From the IMG/VR virus record IMGVR_UViG_3300013120_000738, positions 124,001-188,000 of that record: a stretch of DNA of 64,000 nt. One strand, 5' to 3'. The notes beneath the pieces were generated by a model. That model had not been told where the DNA came from. It did not search any database and was given only the letters and a program-made list of their open reading frames with translations. Made by a program: the position numbers and the translations under genes. Shown here piece by piece: positions 30,641-38,878 of the stretch (within the stretch, counting starts at the first letter, position 1; each line of letters starts with the position of its first letter).

Positions 30641-31516
30641 ATGGGTACAACAAGATATGGCCGACTTGGGCACCAATTCAAGGATATAATATCAGCCATA
30701 ATAATAGCAAAAGCATTCAATATAGGCTATCTCCACACAGGATGGAAAAACGTAGGGATAGCACGCCTTAGAGAATGGGAACCATTTTTCGCAATAGGTA
30801 ACGGTGAAATATGTATACCACATATTGCTAAAAATAAATTACGTATACAATCATCATACTGGGATAAACCACCAAAAATATTAAGCACCAGAAATACACG
30901 TGAATACTTAGGATATGAACAAGTCAAAGCACTACTAGACCAATTAGATGACGGTGACATACTAAACCTCGCAAAATCAACAAGAGTAAACCACAAAGTC
31001 CTACGACAATGGGAAAATAAAGGCCTAGTGCCTGAAGGTACATATACAACATTTCGTGAAATACTGCGACAAAAATTTGAGAATTCAAGATTGGCGACAA
31101 GCACCTCAGTAGACTTCGAAAATAAAGCAAAAACAACAGTGGCAGTATATGTCAGAAGTGGGGGAAAACACGAGAACTATAAACAAAAGTCACGCCGCAA
31201 CACTCCAAAAGAACTGTATGATATAGCTATAGAAAGACTACACCAGAAATATGGTGATTTAGAAGTTAAATATTATACACAAGGACCGCTAGATAAATTA
31301 GATGGTGATTATTCAGATTGTGATATTCAAGTTTGTGACGAGAAATTTCCACAATTATATAGTGTACTTAAATCACTTATCGTGGCCGATGTTTTCATAA
31401 AAGCTAGAAGTGCAACATCTTTCCTAATTGGTATGTACCGATATGGACCAACTATAAGTCCGCGTAGTAGAAGATTAAGATTGCCAAATACTATTATCAA
31501 GCACCCAATGGCGTAA
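30641..31516 (+). CDS. GT11/NodZ-like fucosyltransferase-like protein
   Basis: GRLGHQF, VAVYVRSG, ADVFIKARSATSF. Confidence 0.55.
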   Translation: MGTTRYGRLGHQFKDIISAIIIAKAFNIGYLHTGWKNVGIARLREWEPFFAIGNGEICIPHIAKNKLRIQSSYWDKPPKILSTRNTREYLGYEQVKALLDQLDDGDILNLAKSTRVNHKVLRQWENKGLVPEGTYTTFREILRQKFENSRLATSTSVDFENKAKTTVAVYVRSGGKHENYKQKSRRNTPKELYDIAIERLHQKYGDLEVKYYTQGPLDKLDGDYSDCDIQVCDEKFPQLYSVLKSLIVADVFIKARSATSFLIGMYRYGPTISPRSRRLRLPNTIIKHPMA

Positions 31517-32117
31517 ATGAATAACGTCCTAATCTAATCTCTTCTGCAAATCTCTTGCGAACCATTTCTCTTAATTCATCATCATAATATGTTGAATAAT
31601 GTCTCTTTTTAGTCTGAGCAACATTGACCCTAGGTAAGTTAATTGCTCTAATCCCTATTTTCCTACAAGCCGTATTAAATCCCGCCTGAAGATTCTCGAA
31701 TTTTATAACAAAGTCAACATCGTCACCAAGTCTATGATCATCTAATGCAATAAAATATCGGGCCATTGTAAGCTTCTGGATAAGTTCTTTAAATTTCTTC
31801 CTATCAAAAGATTTCCTACCAGAATGCGGTGAAAGGTGATAGGACACCAACCGGTCCCAAGGATTTCGTATCACCGTAAATTTAAATAGACCAGCAAATA
31901 CCTTAGGCCGCAAAACATCTCTATAATAAGATAATGGAGAATGTTTTGTAGTCTTAAGCCTTCTATTTATTACTTCGAATCTATGTAATGTATCATTTGG
32001 GCCTTTCTGCACTGATTCAAGATTATCTTCTGAAAATTGTCGTAAATGATTTTGAATACTATTACCACCAGTCCTTGGTATATGGATAAAAAGAAATTTA
32101 TGCTTAAGTGACAACAT
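31497..32117 (-). CDS. Sulfotransferase family 2
   Basis: FIHIPRTGGNSI, FTVIRNPWDRLVSY, IKFENL, HYSTYY. Confidence 0.9.
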   Translation of the reverse strand: MLSLKHKFLFIHIPRTGGNSIQNHLRQFSEDNLESVQKGPNDTLHRFEVINRRLKTTKHSPLSYYRDVLRPKVFAGLFKFTVIRNPWDRLVSYHLSPHSGRKSFDRKKFKELIQKLTMARYFIALDDHRLGDDVDFVIKFENLQAGFNTACRKIGIRAINLPRVNVAQTKKRHYSTYYDDELREMVRKRFAEEIRLGRYSFTPLGA

Positions 32118-32775
32118 TTTCCCACATCTCTAAATCGTGTGCTAATATATTTTCAGCAATTCCCAATAATCTTTTAGTATAGTGCGTGCGCCATGGCCTA
32201 CGTTTTTTAGATCTTAAAGAATGTACTAATTTTATCTCGCCCCGCCCAAGCTTCCGCATAACAGCATTAACGCTATCATTTAAATTATCAAATGAACAAA
32301 GTGTATCAACTATTAATTGTCCATCATTATCACATACAAAATATGATTGTGTGATTGGCAAATCCTCATGAAAACAGCCTTCTAAAAACATATCGAATTT
32401 GTCGGTCTCTGCTAGATCTATAATCCTCAACATTTTATCGACGTGAATATCTAATTCATCACCGAATAACCTCCATAAGTGCTGACAACGCTTTTTCCTC
32501 ATTTCAAACCAAGTACGTCTACCTCTACCTCTCATAAAGTAGAATAGAGAGATACATCTTTGTAGAGGATTTCTAAATACGGCAAATGTCAGCTTATCAT
32601 TATAGTCACTGTGTGGTATTTGCCGCATATATTTTGCTGCGAGATGGAATCTATAGTGTGTATAACCAGATATATCCATTAGAGAGTATGCAATACTAGT
32701 GCTTGCACACTTCGGGATCATTATAAATATACAGTCTTGACATATCACAGTATATCTACAGAAACACCCCGGCAT
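32104..32775 (-). CDS. Sulfotransferase family 2 (start may be GTG ~32751)
   Basis: IPKCASTSI, FAVFRNPLQRCISLF, FDNL. Confidence 0.82.
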   Translation of the reverse strand: MPGCFCRYTVICQDCIFIMIPKCASTSIAYSLMDISGYTHYRFHLAAKYMRQIPHSDYNDKLTFAVFRNPLQRCISLFYFMRGRGRRTWFEMRKKRCQHLWRLFGDELDIHVDKMLRIIDLAETDKFDMFLEGCFHEDLPITQSYFVCDNDGQLIVDTLCSFDNLNDSVNAVMRKLGRGEIKLVHSLRSKKRRPWRTHYTKRLLGIAENILAHDLEMWENVVT

Positions 32776-32790
32776 TTCTACCGGGGTGTT
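32762..32790 (-). terminator. Hairpin after the tRNA cluster
   Basis: AACACCCCGG-TAGAAATG-CCGGGGTGTT. Confidence 0.5.
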
Positions 32791-32903
32791 CTGCCAGTTG
32801 CGACGTCCATCAGGAGTTGCCGATGAGCAACTTTGTGCCAGAGGGCTTGTGGAGCTTTAGGCACTTTGCAGAGTTTCAAAAAACAACCCTGCCCTCTGGC
32901 GAG

Positions 32904-32972
32904 TAGCGGATCCGGGGGTCGCACCCGGCGAACCAGGCTTATGAGGCCCGATTGAGCACTGGCCCATCCGCA
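32904..32972 (-). tRNA. tRNA-Met (CAT), atypical, initiator-like
   Basis: TGCGGAT/ATCCGCT acceptor with 1-72 mismatch; CGGGC-CTCATAA-GCCTG anticodon arm; shrunken D arm; T loop TGCGAC. Confidence 0.7.
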
Positions 32973-32991
32973 TCACACACTATTTTTGAAG

Positions 32992-33065
32992 TCAGGATGG
33001 TCGGATTCGAACCGACGCTCTCGTGGTCCCAAACCACGCGGAATACCAGGCTTTCCCACATCCTG
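32992..33065 (-). tRNA. tRNA-Pro (TGG)
   Basis: CAGGATG/CATCCTG acceptor; CGTGG-TTTGGGA-CCACG; GTCGG-TTCGAAT-CCGAC; CCA not encoded. Confidence 0.93.
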
Positions 33066-33101
33066 AAAAACGCCCCGACCGAATACCCAATCGGCCGGGG
33101 C
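33066..33101 (-). terminator. GC hairpin plus U-tract ending the structured RNA
   Basis: GCCCCGGCCGA..TCGGTCGGGGC followed by GTTTTT. Confidence 0.65.
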
Positions 33102-33548
33102 TAGGTATTTCATAATCTTTTTTCAAAAATTATGGAGTCGTTCTACACCCAACTAGTTCCGTTTAATTCCCCGATTCATTCGTTACGCCCGCAAGTCCTG
33201 CCATTAGACGATCCCCCCTGGTAAAAAGGGCCGCGTCCTAGAGTATAGCCAGAACCGCTGGTGAGTTCCAACATGTCACTAAGACGCGGTAAGAGGGGGG
33301 AATCGGACTTGAACCGATATTTGCTTGGCATTGATCAGGAAACCTCGATTTGGATGCTGACAACACTTATGAGCCTAGGGCGATAGTCTAAACTTCACAG
33401 TCGCACGCCATAGCCTCTGCCGTTGGGCTACCCCCACAAGTTTTGGTGTGGGGGGCAGGATTTGAACCTGCAACATATGGAGTGCATTGTTTAATCTAAA
33501 TCTAAGCCTTAGACTGGAAGTGGTGGAGGCGCTTCACGCCACCCCACT
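33070..33548 (-). ncRNA. Large structured RNA with two circularly permuted tRNA-like modules
   Basis: Twice: T-arm, perfect 8-bp acceptor-like stem, D-arm, closed by outer stems; no anticodon loop. Confidence 0.8.
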
Positions 33549-34307
33549 TTACCCTTTCTTTATGGGTGCAAGCAAGTACCCGAAAATCGACTTCGCGAAC
33601 TTCTGTTGCTCCACCTCAGTAGAGTTTGCCTTCTCTCTGGCACACTTCACAGCGTCCAGAAGAGCATCAACACGATCCACCAACTCTACCTTCTTGGCAC
33701 CAGGAATCGCACCACTGAAGTTAATGACCTCCCAGTACCCAACCAACTGATCCTCCGTGAAAACCTGAACCTGAGCAGGATGCTCCTTCGTGGCCGGAGA
33801 CAACTCCTCAACTTTACGTACCTTCTTCGACTTCGTCGTCTCATGCTGCTCGGTCGCGTAGGCACCCGCATTCTCATTCCAAGTCCACGTCTCAGCCGGA
33901 TCCAGAGTCGGCAGCTTCCCAATTTGCGTACGCAAATCGATCAACTGCTTCTCCAAGAACAGCAAGTGCGTGACCGGAACACCTGGCAAGATCACCGTAC
34001 CATTCACGGCCACATCCGCCTTCGCGTCACAATTCGCGACGTCCAGGGTTGCCACCATGTCGAACAAATCCGTCAACGCGGCCTCGGTCTGCTCCAACGC
34101 AGCCACCACCGTGAATTGGACCTGCTTACGCTCCGGAGGGAAAAGATCCGTGTCGTCATCATCCTTCGGACGATACGTACGGCTGATGCCCTGCAACAAA
34201 GCCTCTTTCTGTAACTTCTTGTACGCCTCGGTCTGTCGCTTCTTCGAGCGATCCTTCAAACCGTTCGTAACCGCAATCACCTGATTCAACTGCATCTTGG
34301 CCATCAT
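33549..34307 (-). CDS. Conserved helical/coiled-coil protein of unknown function (recalled as DUF7873-like)
   Basis: LNQVIAV..K, LLQGISRTYRPKD, THLLFLEKQL, LPTLD, HPAQV, VGYW..FSGAIP, VKCAREKAN; GGAGG RBS; family assignment from memory. Confidence 0.8.
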   Translation of the reverse strand: MMAKMQLNQVIAVTNGLKDRSKKRQTEAYKKLQKEALLQGISRTYRPKDDDDTDLFPPERKQVQFTVVAALEQTEAALTDLFDMVATLDVANCDAKADVAVNGTVILPGVPVTHLLFLEKQLIDLRTQIGKLPTLDPAETWTWNENAGAYATEQHETTKSKKVRKVEELSPATKEHPAQVQVFTEDQLVGYWEVINFSGAIPGAKKVELVDRVDALLDAVKCAREKANSTEVEQQKFAKSIFGYLLAPIKKG

Positions 34308-34395
34308 GTCCTCCTTCAGAACGTCGTCCAAAATCTCAACCAAAATCTGAATTTGATAGTACTACAATACATCCCAAACCCGAAGATAATTCCTA

Positions 34396-34785
34396 TCAAA
34401 AAGACTTTCCTATCGGAAGACCATCTTTGATATTACCTCCTGGGGAATGTTTAGCACGAACTCTATCAATAAGGACACCGAGAATATGCAAGTAGTTCGC
34501 ATCTCCTTCAATAGCCTCTATCTCCTCCAATTCATGAATAGTAAGAATATCTATAGGAGTAGCAGATTGAATAACATATATATCCCCATATTCCATATAC
34601 ATCCATTGCTCAATAGTACCCACACCCTCCTTATTCACAGTATATGAAATAAGGACAACCTCAGCACCAGGTACCTCTATACCAGCACTCGTCACACGAG
34701 CACTAATATGAGCACCCTTAATAGTCTTATCAATCACCCGAAACGGCTTCAGGACTTGACTCACGCAACACCCCACCAAATTCAA
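34396..34785 (-). CDS. Hypothetical protein
   Basis: ORF in a minus-strand array; start uncertain. Confidence 0.55.
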   Translation of the reverse strand: MNLVGCCVSQVLKPFRVIDKTIKGAHISARVTSAGIEVPGAEVVLISYTVNKEGVGTIEQWMYMEYGDIYVIQSATPIDILTIHELEEIEAIEGDANYLHILGVLIDRVRAKHSPGGNIKDGLPIGKSF

Positions 34786-35104
34786 TCATAAGTTCGAAAA
34801 GCTCTTTAAAACAATCAGGATCGGCTATTTCCCGTATAGCTTTAAATTCGTGTCTAAGAGGTACAAGGCCCTGAGATGTATACACCATAACCTCATATTT
34901 CTTACTAATCTTGACACTACAGCAATACTTATGAGTTGTTACCGGCGTACTATCCCGCGTAAGATAGACATTAATCTCCGCCCCATTCGTGATAAGATGT
35001 ATCTCAGCATGCATATTCTCGAAAGAGGCATCTATCTCGGCCTTAAGAGCTTCTAATATTTCATGTTTATCCACTGTCCACGTATTATCGGTCAAGTGCT
35101 TCAA
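34730..35104 (-). CDS. Small DP-motif family protein
   Basis: C-terminal EIADPDCFKELF. Confidence 0.65.
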   Translation of the reverse strand: MKHLTDNTWTVDKHEILEALKAEIDASFENMHAEIHLITNGAEINVYLTRDSTPVTTHKYCCSVKISKKYEVMVYTSQGLVPLRHEFKAIREIADPDCFKELFELMIEFGGVLRESSPEAVSGD

Positions 35105-35702
35105 GTTCCTGTATAAAATCCTTTATATCCTCATCATCAGGACTTTCTTCCTCAGCGGCCATCTCGATAGCTTTCTCCTCTAACATAACATTGCCCAATT
35201 CGCCCCCAAAGGATTCAGGATCCTCCAACTCGGTGTTCTTCGGCAGAACTCTGATATCAGAACTACCAGAAAGCAAAGAGGAAGCAAAATTTCTAGCGTC
35301 TTCCCTAGCCTTCTGTTCGACAGCATCTAATATCGCCTTACGAAATTCTAGCGTATACTTAGCTTTAGCTTCATCAATAACAGCTTTCTTTGCTGCCTCA
35401 GATGCTATTAACTTTTCCATACCCTCCTTTACAATAGCACCCATTTTCTCCTCTATCAGGACTTTGGCTCTACGTTCACATACACTAGTTATGAAGCTTC
35501 TATGACCATTACAATGGTCAACTTCATAAGCACCACTCCTCCTAGTAAGCCCCAATAAACTTAAAACAGCATTCCTCAGCATATCATCAATATGCTTAGG
35601 AAGGCCCCTGATAAACTTTGCTATTTCTGCATCAGCAATTTCATTTATCTTGGAAAGGTGTTCTGTTAACCTACTATCAACTGATTTCATCGGTATCCCC
35701 AA
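35085..35702 (-). CDS. Hypothetical helical protein
   Basis: 205 aa ORF. Confidence 0.7.
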   Translation of the reverse strand: MGIPMKSVDSRLTEHLSKINEIADAEIAKFIRGLPKHIDDMLRNAVLSLLGLTRRSGAYEVDHCNGHRSFITSVCERRAKVLIEEKMGAIVKEGMEKLIASEAAKKAVIDEAKAKYTLEFRKAILDAVEQKAREDARNFASSLLSGSSDIRVLPKNTELEDPESFGGELGNVMLEEKAIEMAAEEESPDDEDIKDFIQELEALDR

Positions 35703-36003
35703 ATTTAGTAATAGACTCCCTAATACTATTCAAAGACTCTGGGTCTTGAAGACTGTATCGTTCCTTATGCATCTTTCGATTAGGGTTCAAAAGACGTGGA
35801 TTTTTCGCAGCCTCCGCATGTGTTTTATCAGGAAAGTAAACTACTAATACATCACCATCTATCGTTATTAATATCCTCTTCTCACCAGAGATAGTTATAT
35901 CTATCCATTTCAGAATATGACCAAATCTATCTTCTTCACGGACTTGTACAGTTCCGGTCTTAAGCCATTCTTTTAGCCATTCTCTGATAGATTCATATAT
36001 CAT
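35677..36003 (-). CDS. Small DP-motif family protein
   Basis: YSLQDPESLNSI. Confidence 0.65.
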   Translation of the reverse strand: MIYESIREWLKEWLKTGTVQVREEDRFGHILKWIDITISGEKRILITIDGDVLVVYFPDKTHAEAAKNPRLLNPNRKMHKERYSLQDPESLNSIRESITKFGDTDEIS

Positions 36004-36269
36004 CGCTTAAGAACACTAACAAGATTGTCGAAGAACTGGGGATCAGCTATATTAAACCAACAAAAATCATACATATGATATTCGCCTTTCTTATTATCAC
36101 TCTGAATATAAAAATGTACTTGAACTTGGTCATCATGCAACGATATACTAATTTTATCCCAGGACCATCGAAACAACCTATTATTATAACCTACAGCCCT
36201 ATCACCATCCACATCCCAGAACTTGCCAATATCTGACTCATGCAGAAATAATGTAATAGCCTCAAGCAT
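36000..36269 (-). CDS. Small DP-motif family protein
   Basis: FNIADPQFFDNL. Confidence 0.65.
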   Translation of the reverse strand: MLEAITLFLHESDIGKFWDVDGDRAVGYNNRLFRWSWDKISISLHDDQVQVHFYIQSDNKKGEYHMYDFCWFNIADPQFFDNLVSVLKR

Positions 36270-36636
36270 CCTCTTCCTCCAAAGCTACACGCCTCTGCTC
36301 CTCTTCAAGTACATCCCACCAACTCATCCACCGACAAAGACCATCAGAAATAAAAGCAAAAACATTGTCAGGAAATTCCGGACAACCATATAAAAATTCC
36401 TTACGATCACGAAGTTCTGCAAAAGGATGTAAAGCTACCCCAGCATGCTCATTATTCCAAGTATTTATAACGATCCCTTCAACTATACGATCATCATCCT
36501 TACTATAACAAGGCCCAAGAATAGTAGCTTTGAAATTATACTGCTGATGCAACTTAAAACGATGAGGCAACCACAAATCCTCACACGTCTCAAAACCATC
36601 CATAATAAGCTCAAACGCCGCCTGATTAATATTCAC
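36262..36636 (-). CDS. Hypothetical protein
   Basis: Overlapping start/stop with neighbours. Confidence 0.65.
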   Translation of the reverse strand: MNINQAAFELIMDGFETCEDLWLPHRFKLHQQYNFKATILGPCYSKDDDRIVEGIVINTWNNEHAGVALHPFAELRDRKEFLYGCPEFPDNVFAFISDGLCRWMSWWDVLEEEQRRVALEEEDA

Positions 36637-37006
36637 CAGTCAAATTCCTAATCCTAGCATCTAATTCCAACCCAACCTCAACGACCCTATCAGCAGCCCT
36701 CTCAAAACAATCAGGATTATCAAGCATAAAAGTCCTAACAATACGACCAACACGCCCATCAGGACCCGCCACAACAATAGCAGACGGTCCAACAAGAACA
36801 TGAGCACCTTCACAAATCAAACCAGAAGTAACCTCACCCAACCACTTTCGCCGATGTACACGAAGATCTCTACCCTCCAAGATCTCCTGCACCAAATCAT
36901 AAACACGCTCCCCCACAAAAACCTGTTCAGGATCATGAGTTATACTAGGTGGCTCATGCCTCATATAATCCTCCCGGCGAGAGTTTCTTGCCTGTCTTAA
37001 CACCAA
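36626..37006 (-). CDS. Small DP-motif family protein
   Basis: FMLDNPDCFERA. Confidence 0.6.
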   Translation of the reverse strand: MVLRQARNSRREDYMRHEPPSITHDPEQVFVGERVYDLVQEILEGRDLRVHRRKWLGEVTSGLICEGAHVLVGPSAIVVAGPDGRVGRIVRTFMLDNPDCFERAADRVVEVGLELDARIRNLTGEY

Positions 37007-37277
37007 TTTCCTTCGCAGTCACCCTCTCATATATCTGCTGCAAAGAATTCGGATCAGATAAATCAATAGAATATGTGATAGTATACTGATACTTGCTTCG
37101 CCCATTCGGGTCCATAACAATCTCACACTCACCATGTATTATCGTAATTATTATATAATATTTCTCAGACTGATGAGCAATATACGGCCTAGCATCCGTC
37201 CCCGCAGGAGTATAAATATTAAACTGAACCCCACGCTCAGCCAAATATTGCCTAATTGCCTGTAAAAATTCTATCAT
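36954..37277 (-). CDS. Small DP-motif family protein
   Basis: IDLSDPNSLQQI; promoter motif at ~37288-37315 just upstream of ATG 37277. Confidence 0.65.
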   Translation of the reverse strand: MIEFLQAIRQYLAERGVQFNIYTPAGTDARPYIAHQSEKYYIIITIIHGECEIVMDPNGRSKYQYTITYSIDLSDPNSLQQIYERVTAKEIGVKTGKKLSPGGLYEA

Positions 37278-37301
37278 ACGAACCTGTGACAAAAATAAAC
37301 T

Positions 37302-37652
37302 ATGAAGTTAAGAACAATTCTAGAACTAGGAACGGCCGGTGACACAGGACTAGGTCCAGAAGACCTAGATCCAGTCGCACAAGCACACAAACAAAGACAA
37401 CAAGAACTACGAGACCTCGACGAATTCCCATTCATGCCCGGCGGCCCCGGCCCACACTACAGAGGATACACCATAGAACAACACTACAACAGCGGCCCAG
37501 GAGCATTCACCTTCGCCCACGAAGACTTCGACGGAGGACCCTGGGAAGCAGGCGGACCACCAATGGACCCCCGACACGGTACCGCAACATCAATAGAAGA
37601 CGCCATAGAACAAATCGACGAAATAGAACTAGAACTAGAAGATGACTTCTAA
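37302..37652 (+). CDS. Acidic hypothetical phage protein (MKLRTILE...)
   Basis: HEDFDG..RHGTATSIEDAIEQIDE. Confidence 0.7.
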   Translation: MKLRTILELGTAGDTGLGPEDLDPVAQAHKQRQQELRDLDEFPFMPGGPGPHYRGYTIEQHYNSGPGAFTFAHEDFDGGPWEAGGPPMDPRHGTATSIEDAIEQIDEIELELEDDF

Positions 37653-38038
37653 GGCACATCCCAACACTTACGCTTCCCCCTACCTCTAGGACCACCAGAA
37701 GCCTCCCAAGCCTCTTGTGTGGCCTTACGATGCCTTAGAAATTTCCTAAGATAATCAAAACAATCAGGATCAGTAAGCGGCCAAGACCTTCCACCAGTCT
37801 GATGCATATTATGAGCAACTAAACAACCATCCTTAATATGGATTTTGACACTGGTAGCAGATCCAAGATCACCAATAGCAACATGTAAAGCCACAGTTTC
37901 CTTATTAGTAGGATACGGTACCACACCACTATCCACAGCCCTATGGACCCTATATCCCCACCCACGAATCTCAGTAGCCAAACTCTCAAGCAGTTCGTGG
38001 ACCATCAAACCGCTTCCCACTAATATTAAAAACCTCAA
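37649..38038 (-). CDS. Small DP-motif family protein
   Basis: WPLTDPDCFDYL; start uncertain. Confidence 0.6.
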   Translation of the reverse strand: MRFLILVGSGLMVHELLESLATEIRGWGYRVHRAVDSGVVPYPTNKETVALHVAIGDLGSATSVKIHIKDGCLVAHNMHQTGGRSWPLTDPDCFDYLRKFLRHRKATQEAWEASGGPRGRGKRKCWDVP

Positions 38039-38285
38039 CCAAACTATCCGACAAAGAAGACAACAAAGGCCTCAAATCAGAATCCACAACCCCACAAGAC
38101 CTCAACCAATCCCGAATAGACTCAGCACTCTCAGCATTCAAATTAAACACCGCACGATAAGGCGTATCCGCCTCATCACGATCCAAACGACCCCTCGCCT
38201 CCTCCTCAGTATTTCCAAAACATACAATAATAAGGTGTTGCTCAATCTGATCAAGCGCCAAACCAACCCAACAAGACTCACTCAT
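37986..38285 (-). CDS. Hypothetical protein
   Basis: 99 aa ORF. Confidence 0.55.
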   Translation of the reverse strand: MSESCWVGLALDQIEQHLIIVCFGNTEEEARGRLDRDEADTPYRAVFNLNAESAESIRDWLRSCGVVDSDLRPLLSSLSDSLVEVFNISGKRFDGPRTA

Positions 38286-38878
38286 ATCACAAACCCTCCA
38301 GATATACGCCTCGCTAATACATCCCCATCAAAATCACCACCATCACTAACTGGGCAAATATCAGAATTGCTCTCAAAATCGCACCAATGCGGCGGAAAAC
38401 CAATAGACAACTTCAAACCATGCGAAGCATAAGCAGCCACCGTACAAAACATACTCTTACTAGTAACAAGCACAGCAGCATTCACAAGATTCTCCATCGT
38501 CCTAACAGGATCACCACCAGCACACAAACCAATCCTATACTTCATCAAAGGCTCAATATCCTCCACAGACCCATCAGTATAGACCTCAATAGGAATCGCA
38601 GGATTCACATCCCTCACCTGCTCTAATACCTTACAATAATACTCAATCCCTACCCACCTACAAGCATAACTAGAAGTAATATCATCCCTACGCACATGCA
38701 CCGCCACCACATTCCGCAACTTCCTCCTACCCATGTAAACCTCACCAACAGTCCTATACACCTCCCAATCAGTCCTGTTCCCACCAACATCACTTGGATG
38801 AGCAGTCCACCCTATATGCTTAATAGACTGCATAATCTCCCAACTAATCGCATTGAATATATCTGTCGGACTAAGCAT
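38282..38878 (-). CDS. GT11-like glycosyltransferase domain
   Basis: VAVHVRRDD, VYTDG, LVNAAVLVTSKSMF. Confidence 0.55.
   Translation of the reverse strand: MLSPTDIFNAISWEIMQSIKHIGWTAHPSDVGGNRTDWEVYRTVGEVYMGRRKLRNVVAVHVRRDDITSSYACRWVGIEYYCKVLEQVRDVNPAIPIEVYTDGSVEDIEPLMKYRIGLCAGGDPVRTMENLVNAAVLVTSKSMFCTVAAYASHGLKLSIGFPPHWCDFESNSDICPVSDGGDFDGDVLARRISGGFVI

Noticed and set aside
6000-32775. Eukaryotic giant virus or bacterial chromosome origin
   Set aside because: Strong SD sites, csrA, DksA-like genes, homing endonucleases and dense small orphan ORFs with no housekeeping operons fit a large bacteriophage. No structural hallmark gene is in the window, so this remains inference.
33230-33290. 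Twister-sister-like ribozyme on the plus strand (CCGCTGGTGAGTTCCA)
   Set aside because: Only a partial resemblance, and on the strand opposite to the operon.
33330-33345. 14-nt complementarity (GGTTTCCTGATCAA) between the RNA and the 5' UTR at ~49319
   Set aside because: A match this long is plausible by chance for a 480-nt query against 64 kb on two strands, and the segment is paired within the RNA.
33294-33437. Intron-containing tRNA-His(GTG) formed from the D-arm of module 1 and the T-arm of module 2
   Set aside because: Its acceptor would have a T2:C71 mismatch and no proper anticodon stem. The permuted pairing gives two perfect 8-bp acceptor stems instead.
33444-33547. tRNA ending in ACCA starting at GTGGGGT
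   Set aside because: No anticodon arm and a non-canonical D region; its 3' half pairs better with the downstream GTGGGGG.
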